Shown here piece by piece: positions 30,266 through 43,124 of a stretch of DNA of 64,000 nt. The DNA comes from the human T2T-CHM13v2.0 reference genome, Homo sapiens, in assembly GCF_009914755.1 (NCBI RefSeq), contig NC_060926.1; one strand, written 5' to 3'. The position numbers and the translations under genes were made by a program. Positions within the stretch are counted from its first letter, which is position 1. Each line of letters begins with the position of its first letter. Under the pieces are notes generated by a model. That model searched no databases, had not been told where the DNA came from, and worked only from the letters and a program-made list of their open reading frames with translations.

Positions 30266-31403
30266 TATTTTTGCCATTTTTTGTTTGTTTCATGAAAGAG
30301 GATATATTTGGTCTCTACTACTCCTTTTGGCCTTAATTGAAAATTGGGAGGATATGCATTTTAAAAGTATATCTTTCTAAGGTCAGTTAGCTCATGGATG
30401 GAGTGGTTATTTGAAATCAGGGCATGGTGGCAGCAAGAGCCAGCAGGCATGGAAACAGTGAGTCTGGTCTGCTCTGGTGGTGGCCCATAAGAGGAAAATT
30501 CTTAGAACACTCTGCCCTAGTAATGAGAGCAAGATATGTGAGGACTGGCTTGGGAGTCCCTTCTGTGGATGAGAGTATTAAACCCCATGATGATTTAGTG
30601 TCCATCCTTAAGGGATGCTTGCCAAGGTGTGAGACAACCATGTAATGGGATACTCTGCAGTCACTAAACCAGATGGCAAAAAGGTCATTGGCATGGAAAA
30701 CGCTTGTGGGTTATGACTGCATTAGTTTTCTAATGTTGCATTAAATACGTAGTTATGAATATGATTGCTCTTTTTAAGCATAGGCTCTGAGGCGTAGGCA
30801 CAGAATGTTGGGGATGATATTTAAAGTTCTGCCTTTATATAATTGCCAAATAAAAATTGGCATGATTCAAAACACTATGTGCAATAGAGTAACATTTTTA
30901 TAAGAAAAAAAAGTGTATACAGTAAAAAATTATGGGCAGTGTTTGTTCTTTACCCTCCAAGATTTTTTACCATAAACATGTATCACTAGGATACTGTGAA
31001 CAGCTTACATGAAACCTAAACTGTTACAAATCCATTTGTAAGATGGAACTCAAGGTGCATTTTCCCATAGACACAATGTTTTTGGGGTGATTGGAGCCCT
31101 GTGACTTTCCACAAAAGATTTTAATAATAAGACTCTATGCCCCAGGCCTTATTTCTAGTGGGCAGTAATTTCAAGTTTAATTCAAGATGCCAGGAATAAA
31201 TGGCTGTGTCTCCCTCACTCACCGACCCATGAAGAGGCATCAGTGGTCAAGGGGGCTGGTGACCAGGAGTTGTTCACATTACATCGACATAAGAAAATGC
31301 CACTCTCTATGTTCACAAGAACGTATGTTCCATTCTAGGAGAGGAGGGGCAGAGCCCCCTCACAGCTGCTGCACACTGGGGTTGGCCTCTTCACAGGCAT
31401 GTC

Positions 31404-31422
31404 TGTGTGTGTGTGTGTGTGT
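31404..31422. repeat. (TG)n microsatellite
   Basis: Direct reading. Confidence 0.9.
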
Positions 31423-31689
31423 ATGCATGTGCAAAAATGTGTACACATGAGCACACGAGGGGACATATCAGTATGCACATGTGTATGTGGCAGGTGATCT
31501 GTGTCCATTTATGTTGCCTCTTTTCCCAGAAGAAGAAAAGAGTCCACCAAGAAAGTTTTTGTTTGAGAGTATAGGTTTTACTGCAGATATCGTGAGACAT
31601 CTCTGAGAGGGTTTTCTTTCCCTGTCCCGATCCCTCCCCTCTCTCATCTGCCATTCTCTCCAGCCTCACTCTGTGTGGTCGGTGACTGA

Positions 31690-32190
31690 TTAAATAAACT
31701 GTGGAGCATCCACTCCATAGAGTCCTACTCAGCAAGAAAAGGGGGCATTGGATAATGATGTGCCCAACAGTGTGGACAAATCTCCAGAGAATTGTGCTGA
31801 GCAAAAAAGACATGCACACCACGAGTCTATTATTCCTGAAGTGACAACATTATAAAAATGAAGAACAGATTATTGGTTGCCAGGGGTTAAGGAGAAGAGG
31901 ATGGAAGGAGGTATGGCTATAAAAAGGCAGCAAGAGGAACCCTGTGGTGATGGATACACAGACCCTACATGTGGGATAAGATTGCATGGAAATAAATACA
32001 CATGCATGTGTGCACATACACACAATGAGGACAAGTAAAAGTATATCAATGCCAATATTCTGGCTGTGCTATTATACTATCATATAAGATGTTATCTTTA
32101 GGGGAAACTGGATAAAGGGCACACAGTATATTTTCTGATTTATTTCCTAAAACTGCAGAATAATTTACAATGATCTCCAGATAAAAAAGC
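31690..32190 (+). mobile_element. L1MC-like 3' UTR fragment
   Basis: TAAATAAACTGTGG...GGTTGCCAGGGGTTAAGG...GGGGAAACTGGATAAAGGGCACAC. Confidence 0.75.
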
Positions 32191-32193
32191 TTA

Positions 32194-32540
<347 letters not shown>

Positions 32541-33225
32541 AAGCTTAATTTTTAAAAAGTGAGACAGAAATAAATATTTTTCTCAAACAAAAACTGAGGG
32601 AATTCCTAGCGAGTAGATCTGTCCTAAGGACAGCTTTGCAGAAGCTCTTCAGGCAGAAGGAAAACCTTATTAGTCAGAAACTGGGGTCAGCATCAGGCAG
32701 AGATGCAGGGCAGAGAAAGCATAAATGAAGGTAAAATAAGATCGTTTGTTTTGCTTATTTTTTTAATTTAATTCTTTTTTTATTGAGGTAAAATATACAT
32801 ATATGATTTACCATCTTTACCATTTTAAGTGTATTGTTCAATGGTAATAAATACATCGTGTTCCTTTTTTTCCCTACTTCCCCTACTCTCTTCTTTATAG
32901 TCCTTATTCTTTATTGATCTAAATTACTAATTATGGTTTTGCAGCTTTCTTCTTATGTTTTGGAGCCAATTTTTGTTCAAGTGTCAAGCATGTTTTTTTG
33001 AAACCTTGCAGAGCTGGGGTAGGCCTTATGCCCATGGGTGGGTGGCTGGAAGGGCCTGGAAAGAACCCTGATGACACATGGTTCTCCCAGGGTACCCCTG
33101 CCTCTCCCAGCCATGGACTCCAGTCTCTCTGAGAAGCCATAACAGCTTTTGTTAGAGGGGACCACTGACGCCTTTAGCATGTGGGTGTTGACTAGGGCTA
33201 TGGGCACGAGTGACAGATGCAAGGG

Positions 33226-33345
33226 CATTGGAGTCAGGCCGACGTGAGTCCAAACCCCAGCTCTGCCTCTTAGTAGCTATGTGATCTTGGGCAATTTACT
33301 TAACCTCTCTGGTCTCCAGTCTCATATGCAATAATACTTTTCAGG
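33226..33345 (+). mobile_element. MIR
   Basis: TTGGAGTCAG...CCCAGCTCTGCCTCTTAGTAGCTATGTGATCTTGGGCAA. Confidence 0.75.
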
Positions 33346-33849
33346 GCGGCTGTTGTCAGTTACAGGACCTAACACATGGGATAGACGCCATCACATAATG
33401 GATGCTGTTCATTTCCTTCCCTATTATGATATGTATCACTGTTCCTTCCAGTGAGTAGACAGTTGCCACACTCACATTGGAGACTCCCTTCCTTATCAAC
33501 TTTCATAGGTAAGAGCTGCAGTGCTCCATCCTCTCCTGAGAGTTTATTCTCTGCAGGGAGGCAAACATAACTATCACTTCTCAGTTGTCCTCCAAACTTA
33601 GGTGAGGATCCAGTTTTGTAGGAGATCTTGCAGCTTAAGAAAACAGGTCTAAATCCAAGCAGCCTGATGAAACAATAACCCCGCCTTCTTCCATTCCCCA
33701 AATCCCTTTGAGAGTAGGCGCATTGTGTTGCCTTCCTGGTGGTTCCAAAAACTGGACCTCTGGACTTTAATGCAATTCCATAGTCCATTCTTTGTCCAGC
33801 AGTCAAAATGGTGTCTTTAGACATTTAAAGTAAGTTAGCAAGGATTAAA

Positions 33850-34330
33850 AATCTCCCATGCCTGACCCAGCCTCCTGTCTCTCCACTCTCCCCATGGCTT
33901 ACACTGTCCCAGCCACGCTCATCTTGACAAGTTTCTCAACTTGACAAACTCATTCCACCTCAGGGCCTTTGCACTTGTTGGTCCTGCTGCCTGGAAGGCT
34001 CTGCCCCTGATCTGAGTATGCAAGCCCCTCATCATCCTGTCCCAGCTCCAGGATCGCCCCAGCAGGCAGCCTTCCCTGAACATTGTTGAAATGAGAACCC
34101 CTCCCTCCTCCTCCCTTGGCAGCCCTCTTAATTTCTCCGTTTGCCCCCCAGCATTCACCACAATCTAAAACCACCTCACTCGTTTACAAGCTTTCTTGAG
34201 TTTTCTCCATTTCCTCCTTCAGGAACATCAGCTCCACGGGACTAAGAATGAGAAATCCCTGGTGCCCTGATCTAGGCCCAGCACTCAATTTGGGTGAGTC
34301 CCAACATCTGTTTATAAGTGAATGACTGTC
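33850..34330 (+). mobile_element. L2 3' region
   Basis: CCTCAGGGCCTTTGCACTTG...TGCCTGGAAGGCTCT...AAGTGAATGA. Confidence 0.7.
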
Positions 34331-34498
34331 CCTTCCCTCCCTGGCAAGGGGACTCACACCCTGCAACAGCAACTCTGGTCCGTGACCCCCCTGGAGAGCT
34401 ATCTGTGGATCCCAAGCCATTCCCAGACCACATAGCTGGTAGCTGGCACAGGGGGAAGCATGCCAGGGTCCAGTGACCCCAGACAGTCACTTAGGATG

Positions 34499-34854
34499 TG
34501 ATATGGTTTGGCTGTGTCCCCATCCAAATCTCAACTTGAATTGTATCTCCCAGAATTCCCACGTGTTGTGGGAGGGACCCAGGGGTGAGGCAATTGAATC
34601 ACGGGGGCCAGTCTTTCCTGTGTTATTCTCGTGATAGTTTATAAGTCTCACGAGATCTGATGGGTTTATCAGGGGTTTCCACTTTTGCTTTTTCCTCATT
34701 ATTCTCTTGCCGCTGCCATGTAAGAAGTGCCCTTCATCTCCTGCCATGATTCTGAGGCCTCCACAGCCATGTGGAACTGTAAGTCCAATTAAACCTCTTT
34801 TTGTTCCCAGTTTCAGGTATGTCTTTATCAGCAGCGAGAAAATGAACTAATACA
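34499..34854 (+). mobile_element. THE1 (C/D-like) solo LTR
   Basis: TGATATGGTTTGGCTGTGTCCCC...AACTAATACA; TSD GGATG/GAATG. Confidence 0.93.
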
Positions 34855-34915
34855 GAATGTTAGCCCCAAGGATAACATTTTTGCAAACTCAGCTGGCAGA
34901 CCTGGGCAGGAAATT

Positions 34916-35082
34916 CTTTTCTTTTCTTCTCTTTTTTTTTTTTTTTTTTTTTAATTTTTATATTATATAGAGAAGGGTCTCACTATGTTGCCCAGGCTGG
35001 TCTCGAACTCCTGGGCTCAAGCGATCTGCCACTTGGCCTCCCAAAGTGATGGGATTACAGGCATGAGCCAACGTGCCTGGCC
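34916..35082 (-). mobile_element. FLAM-C / Alu left monomer
   Basis: T tail followed by GGGTCTCACTATGTTGCCCAGGCTGG...GTGCCTGGCC. Confidence 0.88.
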
Positions 35083-35954
35083 ATGAAGGTTCTGAATAAG
35101 GAGTAACGGGGCATGTCTCCGCTCATATGCAGCCATGTAGCTTGATGGCTTGGGATTAGGGAGCAGTGCTAATTCAGCAGACACCAAGGCAAAGAAATTA
35201 CACCTAGGGAAGATTTACTTCTTATCCTCTGCATCCCACGTCACCCCCACCCCACCCCCCCCAGCTGAGCTGCACCCCACGCTCCCAGCAGCCCTCACGC
35301 TGAGGAATAAGCAGCTCAGCTGCCTCTCCCGCATCCTGCCGAGCTGCAGCCAAGACCAGAGGGACTTTCCCCACCCCCACCACACATGTGTGTCTATCCA
35401 CAGAGGAACATCTATCAGGGGCTCCTGGAGAGAAATGACTATTCCATAAAGATTTCATTTTTGTTGGAGTCTATCCACAGCTCTATATAGTCATAAAAAT
35501 TTAATAGGAAACTTCCATAAAAAAAGAGGCATAATTAAAAAGAAATAGGGACAGCTCCAGCAGAGGTTGAAGATTAAAGACCAAGAGGCCCAGCACAGAT
35601 AGGGGAATTTTATGAGCTACCAAAGAAAGAAAAACATACCACACAGAAAATGCATGCAGTAGAGACGGTCCTGCCACTTTGAGTGAGGTGAGCCAACCAG
35701 ACCCGGGTGCCATTCTCTGAAGATGGGGGCAGGCACTCAGGCCGTGTGTGACACAGTAGTGCTCAAGAAACACTGCAGCTGCAAGTGTTGGGAGCCAGTG
35801 AGATGTCAAGTCTCCACTGCCGGACAGCCCTTCCCTTGTTGGATCCACAGAAGTCTGAGGCTCAGGACAAAGATAACCCTCTGAAATTTCATGGCCTGAG
35901 GAGTTGAGTTGTTACCCCCGTGGTCATAGGGCTGGAGGAAAAGCTTTTAACTAA

Positions 35955-36349
<395 letters not shown>

Positions 36350-37076
36350 TCATTAGACTATTTTTCTTATTGCAAATACAATAGATGTTCCTTGTAGAAA
36401 TTTTGGAAATACAGAAAAGCAAAATGAGGATTAAAACTGACTGTCATCTTTTTACCTATCTATATGCATCTATCACCTTGACATTTTTGCTTCCCAATCT
36501 TTGGAAAAATACAGGTCATAAAGAAGAAAATAAGAAAATAACGGGCTTGGATACTGGAAATCTGGGCAGGATAAGGGGAAAACTGCCATCCAAAGCAAAC
36601 CAGAGACACAAAATGGCTGAGTTGTGGACAGAGCTTAGCGCTTACAGAGCAATCCTGCCCATCAGAATCCCAGGTAGCTCAAAGGAGAAACTGAGGCTTA
36701 AACAATGGGGGTGGGAAGGGAAGAAATGCAGAGAGATCCTCGGGGTTTTACAACCAAAAAGAAACAGTAGATTTGATGGCCTCTCTGCAAAGCCCATGGG
36801 TATGTGTACATTTCTGTCCCCATTTCCAAATTCGACACAGTCGGTGATGATGGCGGCTTCTGGAGTCAGCACTCTTTGCCCCATCTAAGCTATGACTGTG
36901 GTGGTGGTACCCACGTTTCTGGAGATAGGGTCACTGCTTTACCTGCGGTACTGGGGGCTGGGAGCCATGAGCCCTCAGGGGTCATTCCTAAAGAGAACAG
37001 TGAGCCCCAGATATCCATAAACATAATTTCACAACTGGGAGGAGGCAGCTCTTGTTATTGCTACTATCTTGTTATA

Positions 37077-37106
37077 TCATCATCATCATCATCATTATCA
37101 TCATCA
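37077..37106. repeat. (CAT)n microsatellite
   Basis: Direct reading. Confidence 0.9.
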
Positions 37107-38954
37107 CGATGATGCTGAAGATGGCAATCAGAGTAAGTGAGCAGTGCCTTAGACCAGGGCTGAACCACTTCTTTGGGCATAAGAGAGATTTAGAAAACCA
37201 TAAAAAGTGCTTTCCAGTGACTTATTTTCCAGTAAAACTGAACATAGCTATGTTGAGTCCTAAGGGGGAAGATTTGACTCATCTTATGACTTAAGAGCTC
37301 CTAATTTTTGGATAGAGGATCATCTATGGGGAATCTGGCATAGCTTTTATAATGTGACCCTTGGCTCATGCCTGAGAAGTAACCCCAGGTAGCCTTCTGG
37401 TCCCTCCTGCAAGCAGGCACAGCCTACCACTGAGTAGGTCACCCACGGGGTTCCTGGGGCACTTGCTACTGGGAGTAAGGGAAGCATAACCAGGTGCAAA
37501 GCAGGTGAGGGACAGGCCAGAGGTGCCTTGCCCAGGGCTGCTGTGTGTTCCACTCCTGCGGAACGTGAGCTCCGTGGGGCAGGGTGGACTCTTGCTTACC
37601 CATGTCCCCACTTCCACCATGGCCATGGGCTCACCAGTGCAAATAAATATTTTTAAAAACATGTTTAGCTAGATGGACTCTGAGTAATAGAAATAACTCT
37701 GGAGAAGGTTCAGGTGAGCCTGCTCTTTCCCTGCTTTTGAAATTAAAAGACCAAAGCCTGGAGCAGATGGGGAAGCCCAAGGACACATGGTGGCCACCTG
37801 CAGAGGCCACAGATGACCCAGCCCTAGGTGCCTCATGGCTCACATCAAAGGAGCCTGTCCAGGATGAAGGCCACTCTGTGCATTTTCTTATTCCATAAAA
37901 AGCTAAGAACTTGCTAGGAAGAAGGGAGAAAAAACCCTTCCTAGGTTTGTAGAAAGGAAATTTCAGGGAAAGTGGTTCTAAGATGCTCATAAATTAGTCC
38001 TGATGGAGTTTTCTAGATTCCAAGAGTGTGGACTCTGGAACTAGATATCCTTGGAGCAGATGGAAGTCCCCTATCTGTTAGTTAGGCCTTAGAAGGACAC
38101 TTCCATTCTCTGGGCCTCCACCTGGGCATCTCCATCCCAGGTCGCAGCAGTAGCCACCTCGATAGCTCATCACAAAGATCACGAGATCCCTCAGGCAAAG
38201 CTCCTGGAAGGGTGCCTGGCAGACAATTCCTGCTCAATAAAGGTTGACCACCATTGCTATTATTTCATTGCCACCCACTCTCCAAGAAACAATCTTCTCC
38301 TGGAACTGTTTGGGATTGCCAAGACAAGTAGGAGGAATCAAACTCACCCAGTCACTTGACACTCATTGGTTTCAAGCCTTATGTCAAAATTGGCAAGCAG
38401 TGGCGTCGGCCCTCAGGGGAGGGAGACTAGCCATCAGACAAGGGATGTGGAGGGGGTTTCACTTGAAATTGTTTACAATGTGCATATATTCATTTTCAAA
38501 AAAGCAGTTATAACAAAGGAATGTGGTGGCTAGTAATGAAAAATAATTATACAGATATTTTATAAGTTAAAAGACAACACAGGGGCCCAAACCACAGTCT
38601 GGTAAATACATCTGCCCTGAATCCCAACACCCCTTCCCAGGCACAGGGACGAGAATTGTGTGTCTTTGGGTCCAGCAAGCAAAGCAAAGGTCTGGGGGCT
38701 GTGAGGGGCAGAGCTGGGAAGAGGGGGAAGGTAAATTCAGGCTTTCCTCTCACCTTAATAATAAAGACATTGGAATCTCTTTTAGAAATTTAAGTGTGCA
38801 ATGAACAAAAAGAAAGGAAGCAAAATAATCATTACAAAAGCAACGATGGCTGTCACTTACATAGTACTTTCTACATGCCAGGAACTCTTTAAGAATTATA
38901 TAATGGCTAACATAATTCCAAGAACAATACTATGAGATAGGTACTATCACTGTT

Positions 38955-39395
38955 TTTTTTCATTTTTATTTTAAGTTCACGGGTACATGTGCAGGTTTGT
39001 TACATAGGTAAACTTATGTCATGGGGATTTGTTGTACAGATTATTTTATCACCCAGGTATTAAGACTAGCACCCATTAGTTATTTTTCCTGATCTTCTCC
39101 CTCTTTCCATCCCCTACTCACCCAACAGACCCCAATGTGTGTTGTTCCCCCTAAGTATCCATATGTTGTCATCATTTTGTTCCCACTTGTAAGTGAGAAC
39201 ATGTGATACTTGGTTTTCTGTTCCTGCATTAGTTTGCTAAGGACAATGGCCTCTAGCGCCATCCATGTGCCTGCAAAGGAAATGATCTCATTCTTTTTAT
39301 GGCTTCATAGTATTCCATGGTGTATATGTACCACATTTTCTTTGTCCAGTCTATCATTGATGGGCATTTAAGTTGATTCCATGTCTTTGCTATTA
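38955..39395 (-). mobile_element. 5'-truncated L1PA 3' end (older subfamily) inserted in a MIR
   Basis: GGGTACATGTGCAGGTTTGTTACATAGGTAAAC...GATTCCATGTCTTTGCTATT; MIR sequence on both flanks. Confidence 0.9.
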
Positions 39396-39405
39396 TATAA
39401 CTGTC

Positions 39406-39696
39406 TTTTTTTTCTTTTCTTTTTTTTTTTTTGAGATGGAGTCTTGCTCTGTCGCCCAGGCTTGGGTGCAGTGGCGGCAATCTCAGCTCACTGCAACCTC
39501 CGCCTCCCACCTCAGCCTCCAGAGTATCTGGGATTACAGGCACCAGCCACCACGCCGGGCTAATTTTTGTATTTTTAGTAGAGACGGGGTTTTGCCATGT
39601 TGGCCAGGCTGGTCTCAAACTCCTGACCTCAAGTGATCTGCCCTCCTCAGCCTCCCAAAGTGCTGGGATTACAGGCGTGAGCCACCGCACCTGGCT
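39406..39696 (-). mobile_element. AluS with an internal deletion of about 20 bp
   Basis: CTCCGCCTCC joins CACCTCAGCC directly. Confidence 0.92.
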
Positions 39697-40123
39697 GTAT
39701 CACTGTCTTTTTTAACAGACGAGAAAACTGAGACCCAGATAATTTATGCCCAAGTCATACTTCTAATATGTGTTGAAGTTAGGACTAAACCAGAAAGTTT
39801 GGCTTCAGAGTCCACACATGTTTCTGTATACCTCTAGAATACATGGTCAATGTATTCAGATTATCAACTGTTTTTATTTGGAGAGCTCAAAGAAAAGTAG
39901 AGAAAATACAACTCATATCCACAGAGCCAAATGGACAAGCCTAAAGTCTAAGGGGCTCCATGGTGCTGTCCTCACCATACATAGAATTTCTTCATTTGTC
40001 ACAAATGGCAATGAGGACAAAGTAGAGGCCAAAATCAAGCATCTTTCAGTTCAAGCTTCAGGAGAAGGGAGAAGGGACAAGAAAGAGGATAAGATGAAGT
40101 GGTGGGATCTAAAGCCCTGCAAG

Positions 40124-40470
40124 GCCTGAATGTGTCCCCTTGAAATGTATATGTTGAGACAACTACAAGTGTAATAGTATTAAGAGGTGGGCCTTTAGGA
40201 GATGATTAAGTCATGAGGGTGGAGGCCTCCTAGATGGGATTAGTGCCCTTATAAAACAGCTGCAGCAGAGCTTGCTTGCCCCTTCCACCTTGTGAGGACA
40301 CAGCAAGGGGCACCATCTATGAAGTACAGAGTGGGCCCTCACCAGACGCCAAATCTGCCTGTGCCTTGATCTTGGACTTCCAGCCTCCAAAACTGAGAAA
40401 TAAATGTCTATTACCTACAAATTACCCAGTCTAAGGTGTTTTGTTACAGTGTCTCTAGTAAACTAAGGCA
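40124..40470 (+). mobile_element. MLT1A-like LTR
   Basis: CTGAATGTGTCCCC...GTGAGGACACAGC...GGACTTCCAGCCTCC...AAACTAAGGCA. Confidence 0.85.
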
Positions 40471-41024
40471 AGCCCCAGCTGGAAACATCCATCTCTGCTA
40501 AAAGTGCCACAGGACCTGGAATGAGTAACAGACTCTTTTCACATCTTATCTGCAAGAAGCTGGGTTCTGTGTTTGTCTCAGCCTGGCCCTGCTCTCAAGG
40601 TTAGCATTGCACAACTGGAGGAGGTTTTGGTGACTTCTGTTGCCCACCTTGTTCTCTCAGTAGAAGAGCCAGACCCCAGAGAAGGGAAGAACACCAGGTT
40701 CACAGTGGAGAGAGAACAACCCCCCATTCTCCTGCTGAGGCTGCACTAGGGGTGAACCCCACCCCACCCTGTCCTCTGGGAAGCCCCTCCTGACTCCTCC
40801 CTCTGCAGTCAGGCTGTTTCCATTCACAGCATGTAGTCACAGCACCATTCCCAGTATATTTTTGGACACTAGTCCTGGCTGCATTGCCAGGATACGGGGC
40901 CCTTGGGTTTTCCCTCTGCTACAGTGCTGGCCTGGCTGGATGGAAAAACAGGTAGGCAAGGGTTCGCCCCTGAGGATAAAACGGATATAAGCCTGTGGCC
41001 ATCCTGGGGGTTATAAGCCTCTCC

Positions 41025-41400
41025 ACTTCTGTCTTTTTCTGTGGCATATAACAGAGCACTCGAAACCAGGCATTTATTATTTTCTTCTGGAGGCCAAGAA
41101 ATCCAAGGTGGAGGGGCCACATCTAGTAGGGCTGTCTTGCTGGTGGGGACTCTCTATAGAGTCCTGAGGCAGCACAGAGCATCAAATGGCAAGGGGGCTG
41201 AGCATGCTCACCTGCTAGCTCAGGTCTCGCTTCCTTTTTTATGAAGACATCAGTCCCACTCCTATGATAACCCTGTGATTCATAAGGGAAGAACCTTCAT
41301 GACTCAGTTACCTGTTAAAGGCACTGTCTCTCAATACTGACATACCGAGAATTAAATTTCAACACATGTTTTGGAGGGGACAAATATTCAAACTCTAGCA
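41025..41400 (-). mobile_element. MSTB/C-like LTR
   Basis: TTCTGGAGGCCAAGAAATCCAAGG...TTAAATTTCAACAC...GGGACAAATATTCAAACTCTAGCA. Confidence 0.75.
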
Positions 41401-41659
41401 ACTTCCCAGAAATTGACTCATTTCTGTTTCCTATGCAGCAGCTTCTTTACCTTTCAAAGGATCTGGTCATCCTAACTCCAGGCTGCTGAGACGGGTCTGA
41501 GCAAATCTAAACTGTGTCCTGGATTCCTGGAGACAAGCTTCATGCAAACCCCAGCATGAATGTCTCAGACTCGCCAGACCCTGCTTAGCTGGCTGGTTGT
41601 CTGAGAGCACAATTAGAAAAGAAATGGCTCTGAGGAGACAGAGGAGATGCGTAGCTAAC

Positions 41660-41772
41660 TCTCACACACAATCTCACATACACCCACCTCACACCCTCAC
41701 ACACTTCTCAGACACTCACACACTCAATCTCCGACACACACACACACACACACATTCAGTCTCACACACACA
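41660..41772. repeat. CA-rich simple repeat
   Basis: Direct reading. Confidence 0.85.
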
Positions 41773-43124
41773 GCGCATTGCACCAAGCATCTCCAGGTAG
41801 AGGTAATTAAAAGTTGATTTATGTCCTTCTGAGGCACTAAGACTGTAATGAATTTCTCCATGTTTCTGTGATTGCTTCTGTAAATGGGGATGCTGGCTTT
41901 TCTGGGGAAAAATATGGTGAAATAAATCTAAATTTTGCTGCAGTAAATATATATTAAGGAATATGTAACATTGGCCTGGATATTACAGGAGTTATAAAGA
42001 AAAAGCCACCTATGTGCTTGCCCTATACCATACATTTCCTCCATGATTACAGAAGGTGGGGAAGCACTTGCCTTTGTAAGTGTAGTGGATGGAGTTGATG
42101 TGAATCCAGATGCATCAGCATTGGAGACAAATAAAGGACAAACCTGGCAAGATATGATGAATCTGTGCTCAATCAAAATTCATTCGCCTGAATTCCAATT
42201 GGTTTATTCTTGCCGGGGTAAGAAATGGAACAGAAATCACAGGCATTTCAAAAGGTCATGTCCATCCAATCATCAACATTCTCTCTGGATGCCTCTCTAA
42301 AGTGCTCTTCTCTAAGTTTACCCTTTTATATTTTGTCTCTGAAACATGGTAGGTATCAGAATTAGTCCTTCACAGTTATAAATGCTGCTGTGTTCAGAAC
42401 AAAGTCTGATCTTAGTTTCTGATCTCTGAACCCACAAGGGGTGTCAGTCTGTGTCACTCCAGGCAAGTGCTTTCATGTCTTGGGGCCTCAGCAAATAATG
42501 AAGCTAAAGCTATAGCAGCTCTTATAAACAAAGATAGATCCAATGATTAAATCTAAATTCATCAACCAGAAACACTCATTACTATTCAAAGTGCCCAGGG
42601 CCACCAAGAATTCTTCTAATAAACTTTCTTTCTGAGGTTCCTATGTCCTAAAAGCCACATGTCACTTATCAATAATAATAATACACCTTGCCATTTGAGG
42701 TTGACCAAAAATGTACTTAACTATAAAGCAGTGCTTCTGATGAGCAAGAGAAAACCTATGTCTGCAGGAAAACTATGATGTAATTCCAACCAAAAGTAAT
42801 GACATTTAAGATTTGTGTTATGAATAACTGTATATTTTATGCTTGGAAAAATACATAGTGCTTATAACTTATAGAAGCTGCCATTTGACCCTGTGCTACC
42901 CTCATAAACGCTTTTGGGATTCAGGAGCCTTGAGCTGGGAAGTACTGGGTCTGGTGTTTTCTAAGGTTCTGGCATTCTATGCAATTTGGTCTAAGAAATT
43001 CTGGCTGCCAAGGGGAAAGGATATCAGGGACTCTCATTTCTTGCCAGTGAGAATGTCTAATCTTTGTGAAGGTCAATTTTGGAATACATTTTAAGAACCA
43101 TAAAGTGGGTATAGAAGAAGTTCT

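Noticed and set aside
39253-39715. Alu- and L1-derived ORFs here and at 4581, 10393, 27394, 32046, 36102 and 62655
   Set aside because: They are translations of repeat sequence. No L1 in the window is intact or autonomous.
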